Below, one piece after another: positions 44,510 through 48,552 of a DNA stretch of 48,552 bases. This stretch comes from an uncultured SAR86 cluster bacterium (GTDB taxonomy: Bacteria; Pseudomonadota; Gammaproteobacteria; Magnimaribacterales; D2472). The translations under genes were made by a program, and so were the position numbers. The stretch lies in the NCBI GenBank assembly GCA_902511425.1, contig CABXFE010000004.1:1-48552 (forward strand), in the 5' to 3' direction. Below the pieces are notes generated by a model. That model saw only the letters and a program-made list of their open reading frames with translations. It made no database searches and was not told the DNA's origin. Within the stretch, counting starts at the first letter, position 1, and each line of letters starts with the position of its first letter.

Positions 44510-44565
44510 AACATTAATCCTACTTGCTCTATCTTGCAGCGCTTTTTCTGGGAGGAAATAAAAGC
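43977..44565. repeat. 14-bp perfect inverted repeats bounding a 561-bp inverted segment
   Basis: GCTTTTATTTCCTC (43977-43990) and GAGGAAATAAAAGC (44552-44565). Confidence 0.95.
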
Positions 44566-46096
44566 TACACCTATTTGTCCTGAGGGAGTTAATACTAGAG
44601 ATCTGCCTATAAATTGTTATGAGGAAGCAACTAATCCAAATATTTTGTTTCAGAAGTTAAGAGATTGGGAGACTCCTTATATGGTGATTCCTCACGGGAC
44701 AACGTGGGGGTTTTATACTCCGCCAACATCTGATTGGAAAAAGCAGCTTGCAGATTTCCAAGATGATGAATCTCAATTTTTATTTGAGATTTATTCTGGC
44801 CATGGAAATTCTGAAGAATACAGAACCTGGAATGATGCAAAGTTAAATTCAAATGTTGAGGTATTTTGTCCGGAAGGAAGCAGCGATTTTTTACCAACTT
44901 GCCAACAGGCTGGAAATATTATGGCTGCAAGGTGTGAAGATTCTGGCATGGATGCTCAGACATGCAAATATTTAGTAGATCAAACAAAATTATTTACCGC
45001 TCAAATGGGATCAACAGGTTATGCTGCAGTCAATGAGACTGAGCCAGATGATTTTCTAAATGCAGGACAGTGCAATGACTGCTTTCTTCCTGCTTTCAAC
45101 TACAGGCCGCAAGGTTCTGCACAGTATGTTTTAGCTTTAAGTGATTTTACTGATCAAGAAAATCCAAAGCGCTTTAAATTTGGATTTATTGGCTCCAGTG
45201 ATAATCATGGCGCTCGACCAGGGACTGGTTACAAAGAAATCGATCGACTATATAACACAGAAGCAAATGGCTTCAATGATCCCTTGTTTGAAAAGCTAGG
45301 GGATCTAAGACGTCCAAAGGGCAAATTAGAGCCCTCATATGTTGACCTAGGCAACACTTCCTTGACCAGCATAATGGATCTTAATATTGCAACGGATGCT
45401 GAAAGACAAAGCGCATATTTCATGTCTGGAGGCTTGGTTGCTGCTCATTCAACGTCTAGAAAGAGGGAGTCCATATGGGATGCGTTAGAAAGAAAAGAGG
45501 TCTATGCAACCTCAGGGCCAAGAATTCTTTTATGGTTTGATGCAGAAACACAATCTCAATCTTTAACCATGGGAGCTGAAGCAAACTCCAATAAATCGCC
45601 GTTATTTACAGTCAAAGCCGCAGGCTCTCTGAAGCAAAAACCTGGTTGTCCTGATTATAGTAATAATGGTTTGACTCAAGAACGCCTAGAAAAAATATGT
45701 AACTCTGAGTGTTACAACCCAAGCAATGAAAGAAGGTTAATTACTAGGATTGAGGTAATTAAAATTTTACCTCAACAATATGAAAATGAACCTGTTGAAG
45801 GCCTAATAGAGGATGTATGGAAATCATTTCCCTGTAATAGTACTAGCTGCAAGATATCATTTGAAGATGAGCAGTTTTCTATCGGTCAAAGGGATGCGAT
45901 TTACTATGTGCGTGCCATTGAGGAGCCTTCTCCAACATTGTCTGCCGACCCCTTAGGATGTGAATTTAATGAGATGGGAGAATGTATCAAATCTGAAATA
46001 TGCAGGGTAGGAGTTCATGAGAATAGAGATGGTTGTGTCGCACCTGCTGAACATAGAGCATGGTCTAGCCCAATCTATGTTAATTACTCTTCTTAA
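44534..46096 (+). CDS. C-terminal fragment of the DUF3604 protein
   Basis: Cys-rich; EIYSGHGNSEEY, GFIGSSDNHGARPG, RKEVYATSGPRI, AWSSPIY. Confidence 0.75.
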   Translation: MQRFFWEEIKATPICPEGVNTRDLPINCYEEATNPNILFQKLRDWETPYMVIPHGTTWGFYTPPTSDWKKQLADFQDDESQFLFEIYSGHGNSEEYRTWNDAKLNSNVEVFCPEGSSDFLPTCQQAGNIMAARCEDSGMDAQTCKYLVDQTKLFTAQMGSTGYAAVNETEPDDFLNAGQCNDCFLPAFNYRPQGSAQYVLALSDFTDQENPKRFKFGFIGSSDNHGARPGTGYKEIDRLYNTEANGFNDPLFEKLGDLRRPKGKLEPSYVDLGNTSLTSIMDLNIATDAERQSAYFMSGGLVAAHSTSRKRESIWDALERKEVYATSGPRILLWFDAETQSQSLTMGAEANSNKSPLFTVKAAGSLKQKPGCPDYSNNGLTQERLEKICNSECYNPSNERRLITRIEVIKILPQQYENEPVEGLIEDVWKSFPCNSTSCKISFEDEQFSIGQRDAIYYVRAIEEPSPTLSADPLGCEFNEMGECIKSEICRVGVHENRDGCVAPAEHRAWSSPIYVNYSS

Positions 46097-46523
46097 GCCA
46101 GTCGGCCTGGTTTGTCTTCAGCCACTCGTCTAGCTTAGCGTTAACAAATTTATATGAATTAGGGTTAGAAAATTTCTTAGCTAGGCGGATACATTCATCA
46201 ATCACTATAGGATGGGCAAGCTCATTTGCACGTATCTCAACTATTCCAAGCCATAAAATAGCTTCATCTATAATCTCAAGGTTTTCACCTTCATTATTTT
46301 TTAGATCTCTTGTAATTTCTTTCAAGTCATCTGATTGTTCAAAAATATTTTCTAATCTTTGCTTGAAGTAATTAAAGCTTATTTTTTTAGGTGTATTTTC
46401 CTTCAGGAACTGGTCTATCAAAGAGTTTAAATTTGATTCATGAAATATATATTGATAGATGGCCTGAACTAAACATTCTCGAGTTTGAAGTTCTTGTTTG
46501 TACTTTCCTAAATTTTTTGACAT
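46080..46523 (-). CDS. nusB: transcription antitermination factor NusB
   Basis: RE..VQAIYQ, ID.AIL.LG..E, IVIDECIRLAKKFS...SYKFVNA.LD; follows ribH. Confidence 0.9.
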   Translation of the reverse strand: MSKNLGKYKQELQTRECLVQAIYQYIFHESNLNSLIDQFLKENTPKKISFNYFKQRLENIFEQSDDLKEITRDLKNNEGENLEIIDEAILWLGIVEIRANELAHPIVIDECIRLAKKFSNPNSYKFVNAKLDEWLKTNQADWLKKSN

Positions 46524-46525
46524 TT

Positions 46526-46972
46526 TTAGTTGAGCATCTCAACAAGTGACTGCGCAACTTCTCTACCTTTATTCAATTTAGATGAGTTAGTGCGCTCTTG
46601 AGCTTGAGATAAATTTTCTACAGCAATTAAACCAAATCCAATGGGCTTATTTGCATTTACACTTACTTGCATTAATCCCTGTGCTGTTGACTCAGATATA
46701 AGTTCGTAATGTGTTGTTTCACCACGGATTACTACTCCATATGCAATAACTCCGTCTGCATCCGCTAATTCTTTTTGAGCTGCGTGGACAAGCTCCCAAG
46801 CGCCTGGAACGTAGACAATTTTAATGTTTGTAAAACCAAGTTTCTCTAGATGTGCTTTTCCTGAACCTAATAATTCATCAACCAGCTCAGCATTCCACTT
46901 TGAAGCAACGATGGCAATTTTTTTATTAACATCAATTTGCTCTGATGAATATATGAATCCGTCTTTACTCAT
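46526..46972 (-). CDS. ribH: 6,7-dimethyl-8-ribityllumazine synthase
   Basis: IAIVASKWN, VPGAWEL, GVVIRGETTHYE, NKG.E.A. Confidence 0.95.
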   Translation of the reverse strand: MSKDGFIYSSEQIDVNKKIAIVASKWNAELVDELLGSGKAHLEKLGFTNIKIVYVPGAWELVHAAQKELADADGVIAYGVVIRGETTHYELISESTAQGLMQVSVNANKPIGFGLIAVENLSQAQERTNSSKLNKGREVAQSLVEMLN

Positions 46973-48045
46973 TGCTCAAACCCCGTGACCTCAAGATCAA
47001 ATCCAGACAAGGATGGATATTTCACTGGCGTTCCGAGCAATTTAATTTGTTTTAATCCCAGCTCTTTGAGAATTTGCGAACCTATGCCCACAGTCTTTGT
47101 TTCAGGTTGAGCAGATGGTTTCGTTCCCATGAGATCATTCATAACTTCGTCAGCATCTTGATAATTTCCAATTAACAGCAAAACTCCACATTCTTCTTTT
47201 CCAATTCTTTTGAGGGCTTTCTCCAGATTAAGTCTTTTACCAAATTCTTCAATACCAATTAAGTCATGTAATGTATTAGGAACATGAACTCGAACGAGAG
47301 GGGAGTCCGTTGAAGCAAGATCGCCTTTTGCAAAAGCTAAATGTAGATTACCGAAGATGCTGTCTCTCCATGCAGAAAGCTCAAACTGGAGACCATCAAT
47401 TTCAACAGATTTTGAGTATTCTAGATGCACTGATTTTTCTTTGAGGGTGCGATAATGGATCAAGTCAGCAATTGTCCCAATTTTCATTTCATGAGCTGAG
47501 GCAAATTTCATTAAATCATCTCTTCGAGCCATGCTCCCATCTTCATTCATGATTTCACATATCACCCCAGCTTCTTCTAGACCTGCTAATCTTGCCAAAT
47601 CACATGCAGCTTCTGTGTGACCTGCGCGACTTAGGACTCCACCTTCAAAGGCCCTTAATGGAAAAATATGGCCTGGTTGAACTATATCTTCTGCTTTGGC
47701 ATTCTTTTGCGCTGCTGCAATTATGGTTCTGGCTCTATCTTCAGCAGAAATACCTGTAGAGATTCCCTCAGCAGCCTCAATAGAAACAGTAAATCCAGTT
47801 CCATGTTTAGCTCGATTATTATTAGTCATCATCGGGAGATTTAGCTGATCACATTTTTTAGGAGATAAGGGCAAACACACCAAGCCTTTCGCTTTGCTGA
47901 TCATAAAATTAATTTTTTTATCGTCAACAAGCTCAGCAGCACAAACCAGATCACCTTCATTCTCTCTATCTTCATCATCAAGCAAGATAACAATCTTGCC
48001 AGCTGCGATATCCTGAATGATTTCTTCTGTTGTATTAAATTCCAT
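46969..48045 (-). CDS. ribB: 3,4-dihydroxy-2-butanone-4-phosphate synthase with degenerate GTP cyclohydrolase II domain (RibBX-type)
   Basis: DDEDRENEGD, FTVSIEA, TGISA.DRA, PGHIFPL, RAGHTEA, CEIMNEDGSMAR; C-domain lacks the Zn-binding Cys. Confidence 0.93.
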   Translation of the reverse strand: MEFNTTEEIIQDIAAGKIVILLDDEDRENEGDLVCAAELVDDKKINFMISKAKGLVCLPLSPKKCDQLNLPMMTNNNRAKHGTGFTVSIEAAEGISTGISAEDRARTIIAAAQKNAKAEDIVQPGHIFPLRAFEGGVLSRAGHTEAACDLARLAGLEEAGVICEIMNEDGSMARRDDLMKFASAHEMKIGTIADLIHYRTLKEKSVHLEYSKSVEIDGLQFELSAWRDSIFGNLHLAFAKGDLASTDSPLVRVHVPNTLHDLIGIEEFGKRLNLEKALKRIGKEECGVLLLIGNYQDADEVMNDLMGTKPSAQPETKTVGIGSQILKELGLKQIKLLGTPVKYPSLSGFDLEVTGFEQ

Positions 48046-48081
48046 TTGTCTTATATATGGGTATCAAATGCTTAAAAACAA

Positions 48082-48552
48082 TCAAAGCCTCTTATTGTAG
48101 TAAGTTGTCTTTATATCCTCTTTAAATTTTTCCACTCTAACCATCTTTAGTTTCATTGCAGTTTTTATTGCATTAGGTGAATTAACACTCAGCGCATCAA
48201 TACTTCCCTTGCCTAAAAACATGGGTGCAGTATATAGCACCAGCTCATCAAACAAGTTATTAACAATAAATGCATTCAAAGTTTTCTGACCACCTTCAAC
48301 TAAAATACTCGATATATTTCTATCCAAAAGATCTTGAAGAAACTCCTCTATAAAATTTTTCTTTTTGTATTCTAAATATTCAACATCTTTAGATTTTTTG
48401 GCTGATTGCCTAGATCCAATGATAATTTTGGCATTACTAGAAAAAAATTTTGCTCACTTTCTTTGATTGCTTTAGGTTGCCTAGAATAATTTTTACTGGC
48501 TGTTGAAAAGGCTCACCTTTGCCTAAACCTAACTCCTTCTTGCTAAGGCGAA
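48082..48552 (-). CDS. ribD: 3' part of riboflavin biosynthesis deaminase/reductase (partial, apparent frameshift)
   Basis: ISSILVEGG, FDELVLYTAPMFLG; the upstream frame has RL...QP.KIIL; the two frames meet at an A7 tract (48441-48447). Confidence 0.85.

Larger units (their letters stand above)
43948..46096 (+). pseudogene. DUF3604 (PHP-like metallohydrolase) gene disrupted by an internal inversion
   Basis: SD GGAG then ATG 43948 encoding signal-like MRNLLTSLVLLLF. N-terminal motifs GDLHVHT, DHAE and EWT lie on the minus strand (43961-44509). C-terminal motifs HGTTWG, GFIGSSDNH, YATSGPRI, YYVRA and RAWSSPI lie on the plus strand (44552-46096). Confidence 0.85.

Overview
AT-rich, tightly packed chromosomal window from a streamlined marine gammaproteobacterium. 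Gene content, minimal intergenic DNA and lipid-catabolism/TonB content are consistent with a SAR86-like lineage (inference, not a database result). Core genes: dnaG 3' end, rpoD, tRNA-Ile2(CAU), hemE, gltD/gltB, aroB/aroK, mrcA, slmA, algC, ilvE, lpxL, waaA, a P-II gene, miaA, hflK/hflC, purA, nusB, ribH, ribB(X) and ribD 3' part. An accessory block (~2.9-19.3 kb) holds redox and lipid enzymes, a carotenoid-cleavage oxygenase with thiolases and a CoA ligase, and a TonB receptor. Most unusual observations: (1) GltD carries a ~100-aa N-terminal extension resembling a tyrosine-integrase arm-type DNA-binding domain, gltB is flipped so gltD and gltB are divergent, and the short spacer holds tandem 10-bp-period repeats, suggesting a self-regulating glutamate synthase; (2) a DUF3604 gene is split by a 561-bp internal inversion bounded by perfect 14-bp inverted repeats (inverton or amplification chimera); (3) an uncharacterised GT4 / methyltransferase / alpha-alpha-toroid / Methyltransf_24 cluster sits between ilvE and the lipid A genes; (4) a carotenoid oxygenase plus SCP2-thiolase catabolic module. 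No CRISPR, rRNA, transposase or intact integrase was seen.
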